Source: Phoronis australis (taxonomy: Eukaryota > Animalia > Phoronida). From it: a DNA stretch of 64,000 bases. How positions within the stretch are numbered: the first letter of the stretch is position 1; the number at the start of each line of letters is the position of its first letter. The stretch lies in the NCBI GenBank assembly GCA_002633005.1, contig NMRA01000381.1:370407-434406 (forward strand), read 5' to 3'. The position numbers were made by a program, and so were the translations under genes. Shown in pieces: positions 50,614-64,000 of this stretch. Below the pieces are notes generated by a model, which did no database searches, was not told the DNA's origin, and was given only the letters and a program-made list of their open reading frames with translations.

Positions 50614-53600
50614 ATGAATAGTACGTTGCCAAAAGGACCTGGCACTCGGCATGTCCTGGCTAGTTATGGACCCGATTCAAACTTATACAAGTTTTACTCT
50701 ACTCAGTATTCAACTTCATACTCACAGAACTGGGACAAATTCAAGCCAAGACCCGGCAAACACACGGGAACTGGCTACTTGTCTAACTTTAGACCTGGTG
50801 TGTATTACAGTGCACGCTTAGATGAGTTGGACAATCCAGCAATGGGGTAAGTGCTATGTACTTGCAATTCATACTTGCTCCATTTTGCATGATAGGCCTA
50901 TCTCTTGTAAATCTTCCAACAACTCAGTATCCATATATTGTAAAAGCGAAAAAGCGTAGCAAGTTACTGGCACATTACAAAAACATCAAATTTCAGGTTT
51001 CAACACCAAATGGCAACAATTTCTAAATTGAGGCTAATCCAATCTAGTCCATTGTTCAGTATTCCTGTGCTCTCTAGTCTGGCATCAAGACTTGCAGCTG
51101 GCCAGTTATCTACCATGGTTCAAAAAGTTAATCTACGGATTAAGATGAACTCTATTCATACTTTATTTAAACTGTAATTGCTTGTGTCCACTTTTTGTAA
51201 TTTGACCTTTCAATTTCTTGTTTTAGGCGCATTGTTGCTGGCAATTATAAATCCATCACTCACAAGCAGTTCCTGCCATATGAAAATCCATCTGGAAAAG
51301 AGATTTTACCAAACCAGGTTCACCAAATTGGAACTGGATTTGTCCGACAGAAACCCATCACCGCACCTACACATAACGAGGTAATTTAATTACATTGAAC
51401 TTCTTTCCAAGTACACATGCGATTAGTCACAAAAGCAGTCCATTCTCAACTGACTAATATGTTGCTTTTGGCACAGTTAAGTAAGGGACTGTAATTTCCA
51501 TCTTAAATTTGAGTTTTCAGTAATGTGTTGACTATTGCCATTCCCACGGAAACCAAACTAAATCCCATGTAATTTTAGTTAAAAGTACCAGTTCACTACT
51601 TGTAGAGCAGCCGGTTAAGATGGATGAGATCTTGAATTGCTGAAAGTTTGTACGTGCATTGAAACAGTTTGTATTAACTACTTGTCATTGAACTAGGACT
51701 CCTTATGTATAATGATCACTTGTGCTTCTTGAATTAAATCATTTCATGGGTTGTTACAAAAACAGGCATTAATGAGCTGCCAAATGTATACCTCAGCCTT
51801 GTGGTTCTAGTGGTTTACTGTATATTTATTCCATCTTCTTTCAGGTTAAAGGTGTTTGCATTGATACTAGATCTGCAAATGCTGTCAATGACATCTTGCC
51901 TAAACACAAGCCTCATCTGCACAAAATTCGAAGTAAAAATCCTGTTGAACTGGAGAACACAGGCTATGTAAGTTAAGATTATGTTAAGTATCCTCATGCT
52001 AGTTATATAATGTTACTCCTACTAAAATCATTCATTTGTTTTTTGTTTTAAAAATGTCAAACAGTTGAAAGTTACTGGCAATTGAATCCATTACAACATA
52101 TCTTTGTGATAAATCAAATGATGTTTTACGTTTTTCAAACTAAGATCATATGGTGAGAATAGCTAAAGTAGATCGATTAAATTGTGAGAACTTACTTTTT
52201 ATGCTTGTTTTCACAAATATTAAGTAATTACCATAATTAGGTTCATTTTGCACGCATGCGCAATGTAATGCTTGCCCATAATTTTTTAATATTCCAATTT
52301 AAACACCCATTAATTACAGTAAATTGGAAAGTTACATGATTAAAATGTATTAATTGAATGTTTGTATCCAATACAATATACTAAATTTGCGTTACACTTG
52401 TACTCCTTCAGGGCCCAGCTTTTATGTCCACAGAGACACATACTCTGTATCAAGGTGAGCAGCCCGATAGAAGTGACCTGTCAACAAAGACCTTAGGCTA
52501 CAATGGTATCTCTGGATTTGTACACAACAAAAATGTAGAGCCGGTCACTTTCAATCCAGACTGCGCTCACAAGGGAGACAGGCCAGGCTACTATACGAAC
52601 CGTCCAACAGGTGTCTCTGTAATGAACACATCGTTCTGTCCACTGAAGTACCCTCATGTAAGTTGATTGTCTACTCGGTTACTACTATGATGGTTACCGT
52701 AAGAATAAGAACATGTCAGAAAGCCATGGTCAGAGATGAAAACGTGCTAGGGAGCAGTTGAGTTGTAGCAATTTGTGTGCCAGTGTGAAGCATTGCTTTT
52801 AAGAAGACAGTATAATATGTTGCTTCAAATCGTGATAACACTGAGATAATAAGTTCTTTCTATGGTTATCTCTTAGGGAGCAGAACCTGTGCCTAAGCTG
52901 GCCGCCCGCTCTGACCGAAACACTGGATTTACAGCAGACACCAAGTCAAAGTCTGCCTTTGCTCACAGGGTTATGGAAGACGTAAGTATGTCACTGGGAA
53001 AGTAACAGCACTGAACTACATTGCTGAAGCTGAGACAAGGATTTAATAATGCGTACACTTAGCTGCTTGTAGGTGTATTTATTATTCAACAGTCATCAGC
53101 ATATTCAAATTAGCTTACTTGTTACTTAATATCTAAAAATTTAAAGAATAACAAACCAACTTGTTTAGTCAGGACATATGGATTATTTTTACTTCAAAAT
53201 TATCTCGAATATGTCAATCCCTTTACAGGCTTATGACAAAGCTGGTGATATACCTACATCAAGACTGCTTCATATGCAAAAAACTGATCCAACAGAGTAT
53301 CTAAATGCTAATTACCCAAACAATCATTCAAGGTAAGTACCATTTGTGTCAAGATAGCAAGACCATCTTCATACTGTATTTGCAATTGCCTTATGAGATA
53401 CATGGAAAATGATGTACCACATATGTAAGGGTCATTGCATGCTCAAGGCTTGAATTGAAAAACTCAAAATCAGGGGTTGGGCATGAGGGTCAAGTAGAAT
53501 AGAACTTGCTGAGTGGGCAATCCAAACTGAATTAGTTGAAAATTAAGTTGTGGACATTTAGCTGATTTCTGTTCATAGCACCAGCACCATAGAGTATCTG

Positions 53601-56600
53601 CTCTGGTATAAGGTCTTGGGCTGGAATAACGAGGGGCGGTCTTATACCTGGGTGGGGTTATACTGTGCATTCAAATGCCTCATGCACTGATCACATGAAA
53701 TAAGCATGCTCCGTCAGTTCTATTTTTATACAGGCAGCCTAGCTAAAGGCCCAAGCATGAGTGTAAGAGGGGATGTACTTATACCTGAACAGGTGGGCTT
53801 ATATCTGTGCAGGTTATACGCGAGAATACTACAAAAGTATATGTCTTGGAGGTGGGTTTATAATGAGGGGTTGGTCTATACCAAATCGAATAGTTTATTT
53901 GTGCAATAACATAACACAGATTAGAATGAGATCAATGGTGACAGTTTAATCCTATTTCACCAATGACTGCGTATTAACTAGATTCCTCGTTTTCTTCTCA
54001 GTATTACCAGTAAAATCTACCAAGGCCAGCAGTTACCCAGTGTCAGTTTACCAGATCGTCTCAATAGGACAGACATTGGCAATAAAGAGCTAAGTGGCTA
54101 CAGTGAAAACAATGATAGATTTGTTCAAACTAGCGACAATCCTCTGCGCTTCATCACTCATTACTCCACCAGGTGAGTCTTGTTGTAGTCCTAGCATTCT
54201 AGTCAGAACCCAGACTCTTGATTAGTATTCGAGTGTGGCAGTGGCGGATCTAGGATATCACAAGGGGGGGGCCAACATTTTGTCCGGCTGTAAGCATTTG
54301 TGCAAACTAAACCACGATTGTAGATGCGCATAGCACCGAATGGGGGGAGGTCGGGAGGGGGGTTTGCCCCCCTCCCGCTCAGGAAATTTTTCTGTTTTTA
54401 CCTCTAAAAATCAAGCATTTTCCTTGATTCCTGAAGTATTATCCAAGAAAAAAAGGAAAAAAAAACAACACGGAGAACGTGTCAAACAGGAAAAACTGAA
54501 CGTACCAAAGACTCGAACTCACGACCTGGGACATAGAGAGCGCGTGCGTTACCACTACACCACCACGATTAACTACAACACTCATACTAAAAGACCTACT
54601 TGTTTATGGTCCACAGCGTTTGTGCGCGAAACCTACTTCTTTTCGTAATGCTTATTACACGTTTTATATTTTGTGCCATCAATTGTTAACAAATTTGTCG
54701 TATTTAAAATAGTCTTCAAATGCCCAAAAGACCAAATCCGTTTTTCGTGTTGGCAATAATGACGGGATTGCTGTGGAAATCGTCTTAAGATAAGGTTTGA
54801 CAAAGAGAGTATTGCGAGTTTCNNNNNNNNNNNNNNNNNNNNNNNNNNNNNNNNNNNNNNNNNNNNNNNNNNNNNNNNNNNNNNNNNNNNNNNNNNNNNN
54901 NNNNNNNNNNNNNNNNNNNNNNNNNNNNNNNNNNNNNNNNNNNNNNNNNNNNNNNNNNNNNNNNNNNNNNNNNNNNNNNNNNNNNNNNNNNNNNNNNNNN
55001 NNNNNNNNNCCGGGCCCCCTGGGCCCCCCCCCCTAAATCCGCCTATGTGTGGTGAAGGTCCCTGACATTTGCAGTTCTTGATTGCTGGGTTTGTATCAAG
55101 GATGAGGTCAACCATTGTATTTAAATCAGCAGAACGTAAAAAGTATGCTACTTAAAAGTTGTGATTTTCATTCCCACAACACGTAACTCGAACAAGCACA
55201 TTGTTTTGTATGCAGAACAACACTTGTTTGCCTATTTTCGTATCTCATAAAGGTTATCGAAAAGGAACAACATGGCATTGAAATTACTGTCTCGGAAAAA
55301 TTACCGAAATGAAAGAAATGAGACGCTTAGAAATGTTGAAATTGAATATATATCGTAGGGTAAAAAATCTGTCCTTGTTGTCAAGATCTATACCATACCT
55401 AATTGGTAATAGCATCTGAGTTCGAGACTATACCAACATTAATTCTTTGTATTGCTGTACAAAATTTTGTTCGAAACCCACTGATGAACAGTCTGCAAAG
55501 GATGCTATCTATGTTCGCAGTGAATGAAATTAAATGACATGCATGCATCATCAAAATTTGTTCTTAGAAATTTACTCGAGGCCAAAGACGAGCATAGTTG
55601 GTTCTGGTCTATACCCCAGTTAGCTCACTGATTAAAAATGCCGTCCGACACCTGTTTCAGTTAAGGCCAGTTTTGTGTTTTTGAAAGGCACCTATGCAAG
55701 GGTAAACAAGGTTTGAAATGCCATGACTTGCAAAGCAATTAGTAAAAAACAAATACCACATAATTTATGCTCGTCTGAGGTGGACTTTGTTTTTTGAAAA
55801 GTGAGCAACTAAAAATGACGCACCTACGTCATTTTTAAACAAAGACCAGAATCAGCTATGAAGTTTTTTATTGGAACTTGTTCACAACACATTCATTTTA
55901 ATTATAAAAGTCAATTGCTATTGTGGAAAGGAATATTTTGATAAGTATTTCATGACTTTTCATTTTTAGACTTGTGCTGGGAGATCTGCATGTTCATTGA
56001 AAACTACAAACTTGCTTTCCATTGCACTATCAAAGTTTGATTCAGTCCACTTGCCATTAGCCTCAAACTGTTCCTTAGTCCCTTTAGAGGTGATTTCATG
56101 GCTTTGACAAACCTCACAATTGGTGATTGCTAAAGACCAGGCTTGACTAATTGCCTTGTCACAGCCTGTCATTTTATGCAACGAGCACATTCTCAAATAA
56201 TCAACTGGTGGGATTTTGAAAACCTAAAAATAACTTGCCATTTGAGTTAGGAACAAGGTGAGACAAATTTGATATCCATGAGGTGTCAAAATAAGTTTTC
56301 AACTTGGACAAAAAGTGGGTATATAGTCACTGTACACTTAAATCGTATTTGGCTTTTGTCCTGTGCAGTTCATTGGGTGTGCTTGTATTCTGCAGATGTG
56401 AAAATCTCAGGAAAATGCCATATTTATTACAAGTAATTGCGCTAGCTTCCCTTTGCAAGATTTTTGCGTCTGCAAAACTGACAGTCCAGTTCATTGCATC
56501 ATATTTGTATTAACCTAATCCTGTTGTATTTAGGTATACGGATTTCACTCCATATGGAAAAGACAGAGAAGGCTTCTTATCAGGTGGCGTGCAACTACAG

Positions 56601-56976
56601 AAAAAAGATGGCTATACTAAAAACACGTCTGTCCACTCATTTGGTGCAGATTTACAAACAACTGCTACACTAAGGCGGCTGGCTCCATATGTAGCTCGGT
56701 GAGTTGCGACTTGATGCAATAATTATTGATGTAAAACAATTTAGCAATAACAATTTTGACAGTAACTTACTTTCTACATATGAAAAATTGCACTATTTTT
56801 CATTGACTTACAAACCAATAAAGAAGTGTATGAATGTCTCATACATTAGAATTTGAAAATAATGTGAAGTTTATCTGTGTTTCAGGAGTGTTAAGGCAAG
56901 AGATCCCTTCTATGATGACCATACCCATGATCACAAGCAACAGATGGTCAAGCAACCGCTTGTGTCAGTTAGCTAA
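50614..56976 (+). CDS. PPP1R32: PPP1R32 / SAXO4-like ciliary microtubule protein, 9 coding exons
   Basis: Exons 50614-50846, 51227-51380, 51845-51967, 52412-52657, 52877-52981, 53229-53332, 54002-54172, 56534-56698 and 56886-56976 join in frame with GT-AG introns. The N-terminus KFYSTQYSTSY..FKPRPGKHTGTGYLSNFRP..LDELDNPAMG matches PPP1R32. Confidence 0.9.
54239..55047 (+). mobile_element. Element family A, intronic copy spanning the assembly gap
   Basis: Same termini as 9899-10874. TSD TGTGG at 54234-54238 and 55048-55052. Confidence 0.9.
54823..55009. other. Assembly gap
   Basis: Run of N. Confidence 1.
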
Positions 56977-58198
56977 CTGGCATATCATCAAAAACTTGTG
57001 GTTTTCATTGATTTGTCAATAAACTCTTAATGTGACTAAAAACAACATGTCTCCACGGTTGTTTGTTCACGTAACTACTATAATTCTCAGAATAGTCAGC
57101 AGGTGGTTTAAGGTCAGATGTTTAAGTATTGCTGAACATGACCACCTCCCTCCATCATAGTTTATTCATGTTCATCCACATTATCTAATGTATTTGCACG
57201 GAAACTGAATATTTTATTCAAAGCACGTCAGGCAGTGTTGCACCTTGCTATTGTTCATGTTGCCAATATTTGTATAGTGTTATAACAAGTTTGTGTGTCA
57301 TCTGCTTGCTAGGGTTGAATCTGGCATTTTTAGCGTTGTTTTGCTCAAGGGATTTTTTTGTTTTGTAAATACATTGAAAGCAATGATGTAAAATATAAAT
57401 GTTGAAATAAAGACTATAAATCATTTCATTTACTACTAACCTTGCTACAACTTATATATTTTTCTGACCATTTAGTGAACAGTGGGATGCTGTGAAATCA
57501 CATGAATTTTTTTAGTGGTACCTAAATTGTTTGAGTTAGATCACTTTGGGGGTGACCTCTTTGGGTTTCCGGCAGCTTCTTTCCAGATTTGTCTGTCACG
57601 TCAATCATTTTGAGGTTAGTGTGCCACTGGTCATGAACTTGTGCGTTTGAAACGTTTTGGAAGTACCTCGAATATATCTAATCTAGTTCTCACTTTTCTT
57701 TCTAATTTTTAAAATTATTCTCATTCCATTTCTAGTAAATTGGTTTTTTGCCGAACTGTTTTTAAACTGTTGATTTCTACAATGTTATCCCCAGCAGTTT
57801 TAGTGAGTCAGTCTCGTAGATGTGAAGGTCTTGCCCCTAGGTAATTGCAAGAGTCCACGGTTTTGAGTTGACCATGTGCACTTACATGGTGATTGCATGA
57901 ATAATGTCAAAATAATGACAAAAAAGAGAAAAAAGAAAACTGGAAATCAAATCAGAGGAAATCAAAACCAAAAAGAGGAAATCCTCTTAAAAGAGGAAAA
58001 CTACAAGCCCTGTCAAATGGCTAGTAATGATACAAGAATCTTGATGTGTACAAAATCAGTGTTCTCTCATTCCGGCACTGACCCGTTGGAGTTTGACCAA
58101 ATCAACCCAGTTTTGGTATACATTTTGAAACAAAAAACAAAGAAAACTCAAAATGAACAGAGTCATATTTAGCCAACAAGACTGCCTAACAATTATGT

Positions 58199-59879
58199 AC
58201 AAGAGCAACGCAGAGCGTTGAAATGCGTCCACGAATGTATTGCAAATAATGTGCTTTTAGGGTTATTTATTTGTATCATAAAAATGGCCACTAGATGGCG
58301 CAAAAACGTACAATCCATCCAAAAACTGGAACACGCCATATTTCACACAAATCTGTCAAGGAACTTCAAAGAAACAAAGGAAAACAGAATAAAATGAAAT
58401 TGCCTCTAGTGGGCACAGCGTCCGTTGGATCCGCCTGAAAGTTGTCGTCATCTGTTACTATCTTCATATAAATACACTTACTAAATTTAATAAAGATCCT
58501 GCAGTGGGTTTAGGAGATACAGCTATGGGCTCAAAACAAAACAAAACTACCACTAGGAGGCGCCACAGTAGTTAGTCGCAATCATCACACTGAGAACATA
58601 TACGCCAATTTTCAAAACCATCCCTAGAATGATTTGGTTGATTCAGGATGGACGCCAAAAACAAGATTTGAAAACAGCAAAAATGGTCACTAGGTGACGC
58701 AAAATACCTCGATTACATCCAAAGACAGGAAAATAGCGTCATCTCACCAATAGATGCCTATATTTAAAATTTTATGAAAATCTGTTGAGGACCTTTGAAG
58801 ATACAGAGTTAAACGTAAAAACTAGAATTGCCACTAGGGGGCACACCAGTAGTCAGATCTGTCCGAAAGTCGTCGTCGTCGGTATTTAACCATTTACTAA
58901 ATTAAGTAAACAGTTTAGGAGATACAGCCATGAGCGCAAAAAACAAAATTGCCACTAGGCAGTAGACGAAGTCGTCATAAAATCATCGTCAGCCGTCCAC
59001 TTCATAGCAAAAACATACATGCCAATTTTCACAATTATCCTGAAAACGGTTTGGTTGATAGATGAGTGGACGCCAAAAAACAGACTCGAAAACAGTAAAA
59101 ATGGCCACTAGATGGTGCAAACTAGGTCGAATTCATCTGAAAACGAAGCGATAGTGTAACCTCATTAACAGATGCCTGTATGCCAAATTTTATGAAAATA
59201 TGTCGAGGATCTTGAAGATACAGAGGTAAACGTAAAAAAATAAAATTGCCGCTAGGTGCCACACCAATGGTCAGATCTGTCCGAAAATTGTCGTAGTCTG
59301 TTATTAACATCATATAAACATACTTACTAAATTTCGTAAAGATCCTGCAAACTGTTTAGGAGATACAGCTATGGGTGCAAAAAAACATAACTGCCACTAG
59401 GAGGCGCCACAGTGGTCGAAGTCGTCGGAAAATCATCATCAGACATCAAATTTATAGTAAGAACATACATGCCAATTTTCACAACCATCCTTTGACCTGT
59501 TTGGCTGATAGAGGGGTGGACGCAAAAATAGATTCGAAAACAGTAAAAACGGCCAATAGGAAGCGCAAACTACGTCGAATCCATCCAAAAACGGGAGGAT
59601 CGCGTCATCTCACTAATAGATGCCTACATACCAAATTTCATTAAAATCCGTTAAGGAATTTTGAAGATACAGAGACAAGCGTAAAAAAACTGAAATTGCC
59701 ACTAGGGGGCACAACGGTTGTCGGATCCGTCCGAAAGTTCGCTCATGCCGACCCAACACATATGCAAAATTTTATGAACATGCATCAAGGGGTTTTGGAG
59801 ATAGAGCAGCGGACGCCGGACGGACGGACGAAGATGATGGCATAATGCGTCCACATATAAATATTTGGGCGCATAAAAA
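58199..59879 (-). mobile_element. Helentron-associated (HINE/DINE-1/pearl-like) element with internal tandem array
   Basis: One end is acaagag + hairpin caacgc..gcgttg + subTIR atgcgtccac. The other end is (ggac)n + hairpin atgcgtccacatataaatatttgggcgcat + AAAAA. Internal ~150-bp gccactag units. Confidence 0.8.
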
Positions 59880-59945
59880 TATCAAATAACCAGTCATACT
59901 TCTACTACTTTTTAAAACGGGGTAAAATATCCTGATCATAGCACA

Positions 59946-60710
59946 TCAGGATTCCAAGATTAGAGTCTTATGTGTGCATTTCTTCATGTGTTCACTTAAA
60001 TCACGCTGGGTGGTATACGTTCTTCCACACAAATAGCAAAGGAAGGGCTTTTCCCCTGTGTGTCTCTTTTCATTAGTAGTACAAGTACGCTTACTCTTGA
60101 ACAGTTTACTACAATAAATACATTTGTACTCCTCACAACTTCAGTTTATGTTTGTCAACAAACTGTTGTCCACATTCGGCACAAAGATAAGGATATTCCC
60201 CTTTGTGTCTGCGTACGTGTGCAGTGTAACAGGTTTTATCAAGCAATACGTGCACTTCATAAAAAATATGCGCTGTTTGAGCATGACAGGTTCACGGGCA
60301 GATGTGGCATCCGAAGAGTGTGGAAACATCTCTTTACGAACCATGCCTTTCCTTGGCTCGTCTTCACTGTGAGATTTCATGTCGAGAACTCAAATGGTCC
60401 TTCCTTGCAAATTTCTTGCCACAAATATCACATGTAAATGACACATTAGGATGAGTCCACCTATGACTGTATTTACTCACACATTTTAGTGACTTCCAAC
60501 AAATGCCACAAGTGAATCTCCTTTCATCTGAGTGTCTGTTTTTGTGATGATACATATTATGCCACGTTGCAAATGTGAGATCACATGTAGGACATTTGTA
60601 TCTGATCCCAGAATGACTCCTGATGTGATTTCGATGTCCCGTTAGTCCTTGAAATAGTTTGCCGCAAGTGTCACACTTATGTGGTCCATTCTCATGAACA
60701 GCCATATGTC
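59946..60710 (-). pseudogene. C2H2 zinc-finger array exon with at least 3 frameshifts
   Basis: Acceptor ttttgctttag|60710. Fingers CDTCGK..H..SH, CPTCD..H..RH, CDICGK, CAECGQ, CIYCSK and HTGEKPFLCYLCG are distributed over different frames. Confidence 0.85.
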
Positions 60711-60779
60711 CTAAAGCAAAAGCTAACTGTAACACAATAATACTATTCACAAGTTGGAACATGACATGTCAAGCCTGTC

Positions 60780-62727
60780 TGAAAAATGGAAAGACCTTGT
60801 GACCTCCTCACAAAAACTTATTTGCAAAACTTCATGAAAATCTGTCCAGGAACTCTAAAGATACAGGGACAAATGCAACACGAGCAATGCAAAGCACCGA
60901 AATGCACCTGCGACAGTACCGCAAATGGTAAGCTTCTAGGGGTGTTAAATGGCTATTAGAGGTGCAAAATACGTCCAGAAGTGGGAAGGCATTGTTGTTT
61001 CCGTACTAGAAATTTTTTTGTCAACTTAAATCAAAGAACTCCGATGATGCAGAGGGAAATGTAAAAAATTGTCACCAGGGGCATACCAGAAATCATGCAG
61101 AAACACTGACAAACATGATGGCAGTAAGCACCCACACATGTACATGTGGGCGGATAAAAATAGTAGTGCCACTATGAGGCACAGAAGCAGTCAGATCAGT
61201 CCGAAAGAAGTCATAGTCTATTGCCAAGTTCAAAGACAGGCACATGTCCTATTTCACAGGAATCCTGCAAGGGAATAACGATATACAGCTAAGAGTGAAA
61301 AAACGAAATTGACATTTGGGGGCTCTACTTTAGATTGTGGAAAAATCAGCATACGCCATTGTCTTCTCAGGTTGAGGAAAGAGGTTTTTCAGCCTCAGAA
61401 AGCCACGCTTTTTTCAACCATGTGAGGAGCCAAAAACTCAATTGGAAGCCTCGGAAGTCAACAAAAACTAATGGTTTCCATGAGAGGCCAATAAGAAAAT
61501 TGTAATGAATTTTTACGTCAGCAGGCAGGCTCCGACGTAGCACTTAGGCGGGCCCCAGCCAAGCTGCCGAAGGCAGCGCAGGCAGGCTCCGACGTAGCAC
61601 TTAGAACAAACTGCCACTAGGAGGCGCCACAGTAGTCGAAATCGTCGGAAAATCATCGCCAACCGTCCTCTACATAGTAAGCATATACATGCCAATTTTC
61701 GCAATCATCCTTTGAGCGGTTTGGTTGATAGAGGGGTGGACGCACAAAAACAGACTCGAAAACACTAAAAATGGCCACTAGGTGGCGCAAACTATGTCAA
61801 ATCCATCTGAAAATGGGAGGATAGCGTCATCTCACTAATAGGTGCCAACATACCAAATTTAATGAAAATCCGTTAAGGACTTGTGAAGATACAAAGGTAA
61901 GCGTAACAAAATTAAAATTGCCACTAGGGGGCACACCGGTAGTCGGATCCGTCCAAAAGTCGTCATCTTCCGTTGTTAACATCATATAAATATACTTACA
62001 CAATTTCGTAAAGATCCTGCGAACGGCTTAGGAGATACAGTCATAGGCGCAAAAAAAAAACTGCCACTAGGAGGCGCCACAGTAGTCGAAATCGTCAGAA
62101 AATCATCGTCAACCGTCCTCTACATAGTAAACATATACATGCCAAATTTCACAATCATCCTTTGAGCGGTTTGGTTGATAGAGGGGTGGACGCACAAAAA
62201 CAGACTCCAAAACACTAAAAATGGCCACTAGGTGGCGCAAAGTACGTCGAATCCATCTGAAAACGGGAGGATAGCGTCATCTCACTAATACGTGCCTACA
62301 TACCAAATTTCATGAAAATCCGTTCAGGACTTTTGAAGATACAAAGGTAAGCGTAAAAACTAAAATTGCCACTAGTGGGCACACCGGTAGTCGGATCCGT
62401 CCGAAAGTTCGCACATGCCGTCCCATTCATGAATGGAACATATGTGCCAAATTACTGTTCAGGACTTTTGAAGATACAAAGGTAAGCGTAAAAAACTAAA
62501 ATTGCCACTAGGGGGCACACCGGTAGTCGGTTCCGTCCGAAAGTTCGCACACGCCGTCCCATTCATGAATGGAACATATGTGCCAAATTTCATGAACGTA
62601 TGTCAAAGGGTTTTGGAGATAGAGCAGCGGACGCCAGACGCCGGACGGACGCCGCCCGGACGGACGGACGGACGGACAGAGATGACGGCATAATGCGTCT
62701 ACATATAAATATGTGGGCGCATAAAAA
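60780..62727 (-). mobile_element. Second Helentron-associated element; 450-bp higher-order repeat at 61611-62520
   Basis: ctgccactaggaggcgccacagtagtcgaa at 61611 and 62061. (ggac)n and hairpin atgcgtctacatataaatatgtgggcgcataaaa at ~62640-62727. Confidence 0.8.
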
Positions 62728-64000
62728 TCACAAATTTTGCATAGTAGTCGAAAGAGAACAAAAACACTATAATCAGATAGTATGTTATCATGCAGTGTAA
62801 TATCATTAACCAAATCAAAATCATGATCAATTGTGAACTGAGCTTCATTGACTGAAGTCAATTTTAACTATCTGATTAAACAAGCAATGGGCCTCTTAAA
62901 TTAAGGAATGTTTTACAGTTGCCTGTCTTAACAATTTAAAATGTTTAGAGTTTGAGCTCCAATACAAACTGCTTGACAGCAGTATAAAAGTTTTGGTTCA
63001 CAAACATAAGGCACAATACACTTTATCCAATAATGTTAATACATCAAACCCGGCTCCACCTGTGGTCTTGGTAAGATTGTGTGATTCTTACCAGTGTTGT
63101 TCTAAGTTTATGACATAATGTACTGCAGGTTGCTGGGGAACCATTTATTGTTGCTTAGGCACTGCTGATGCTTGAGTGAGCTTTAGCAAAACGTTTGACA
63201 TTGTATAATATAAGTGGAAAAAGGGATCAGGGTTTTGTTTCATTTCTATTAAACTTTGTTCCTTTTGCAAGTTTTACAAATAATTCTTATCACATTTTAA
63301 GGTTTATAATGTAGGACCCTCGAAACATGGCCAAATTTGGCAAACTTCAGAATATCCTATCTCAGACATGGCTGGTCAGATTCATGTGAAACTTTCAAAT
63401 ACCAGGCTTTGTGCACTGTTCTCCATAACACTGTTAAGAATAGTTTTTAAAATTTACCCCTTTTGCATGAGGACTATCAAAAATAGGAATTTTATGATTT
63501 TCATGAAAGAAAACCAAAAATTGCATAAAACACAAACAAAATGATAATTTAGAAAACTGCAACAGAGTTTTTGAGACTTCATATTGTACATATTTCTAAC
63601 AAACAAAATTTGGTCAATGTGTTATTGATACCATAGTTTAGCTACTGATGTTCCTTAAGTTTCTTTTTTTGATAAATTTTACTAAAAAGCTGAAACTAAA
63701 AATAAATCAATTTCTGGACTTATGATAACATAGTGAATCGCTTACAGATGCCGAGATTGTACAACAGCAGGAGAGATGGGCAACAAAGCGCCTCATAGAG
63801 CGAGGGTGGCAATACGGAGATGCAGCAAAAACTCGTATCAGGGGAAAAGATCGAAGAGTGTGTAACCAACACGAACTTGGTTGCATCTCCAAATTTACAT
63901 TGCGTGCGATACTGGAAGGAGGAGGGCCAGAGACTATCCCGGTGCCTAGCCTCTGACGTCACCACAGAAACAGATAACATAGCGTCCCCATCTCAGAGAC

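Noticed and set aside
54633-55115. 160-aa ORF in the track
   Set aside because: Artefact of translating through the N gap inside a MITE.
63749-63957. Possible + strand exon near the window end
   Set aside because: An acceptor-like site and ~68 open codons, but no recognisable homology or context.

Overview
This is AT-rich eukaryotic DNA, most likely from a marine invertebrate (inference from gene and TE content), with one assembly gap (54823-55009). I could reconstruct four genes by hand. CLCN6 (- strand, 22 coding exons, 30087-49859) lies head-to-head with PPP1R32/SAXO4 (+ strand, 9 coding exons, 50614-56976). An EcKL/CHK kinase-like gene (main exon ~27101-28260) and a class II aldolase/adducin-fold gene of prokaryotic type (last exon 7190-7861) are also present, plus a frameshifted C2H2 zinc-finger pseudo-exon. 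The rest is mostly TE relics: a deleted Kolobok, a DD37D/maT Tc1-mariner, a deleted Copia with TSD, hAT, RTEX, L1-ORF1 and Penelope fragments, Helentron-type elements with 450-bp higher-order repeats, and several non-autonomous CA...TG elements with 5-bp TSDs. The best leads are the possible horizontally acquired aldolase, a 5-bp-TSD DNA element carrying a conserved tRNA-like Pol III cassette, a Transib-like foldback, a U12 intron in CLCN6 and an X-box/CRE bidirectional promoter. All family assignments come from motif recognition, with no database searches, and no new biological system is proven.
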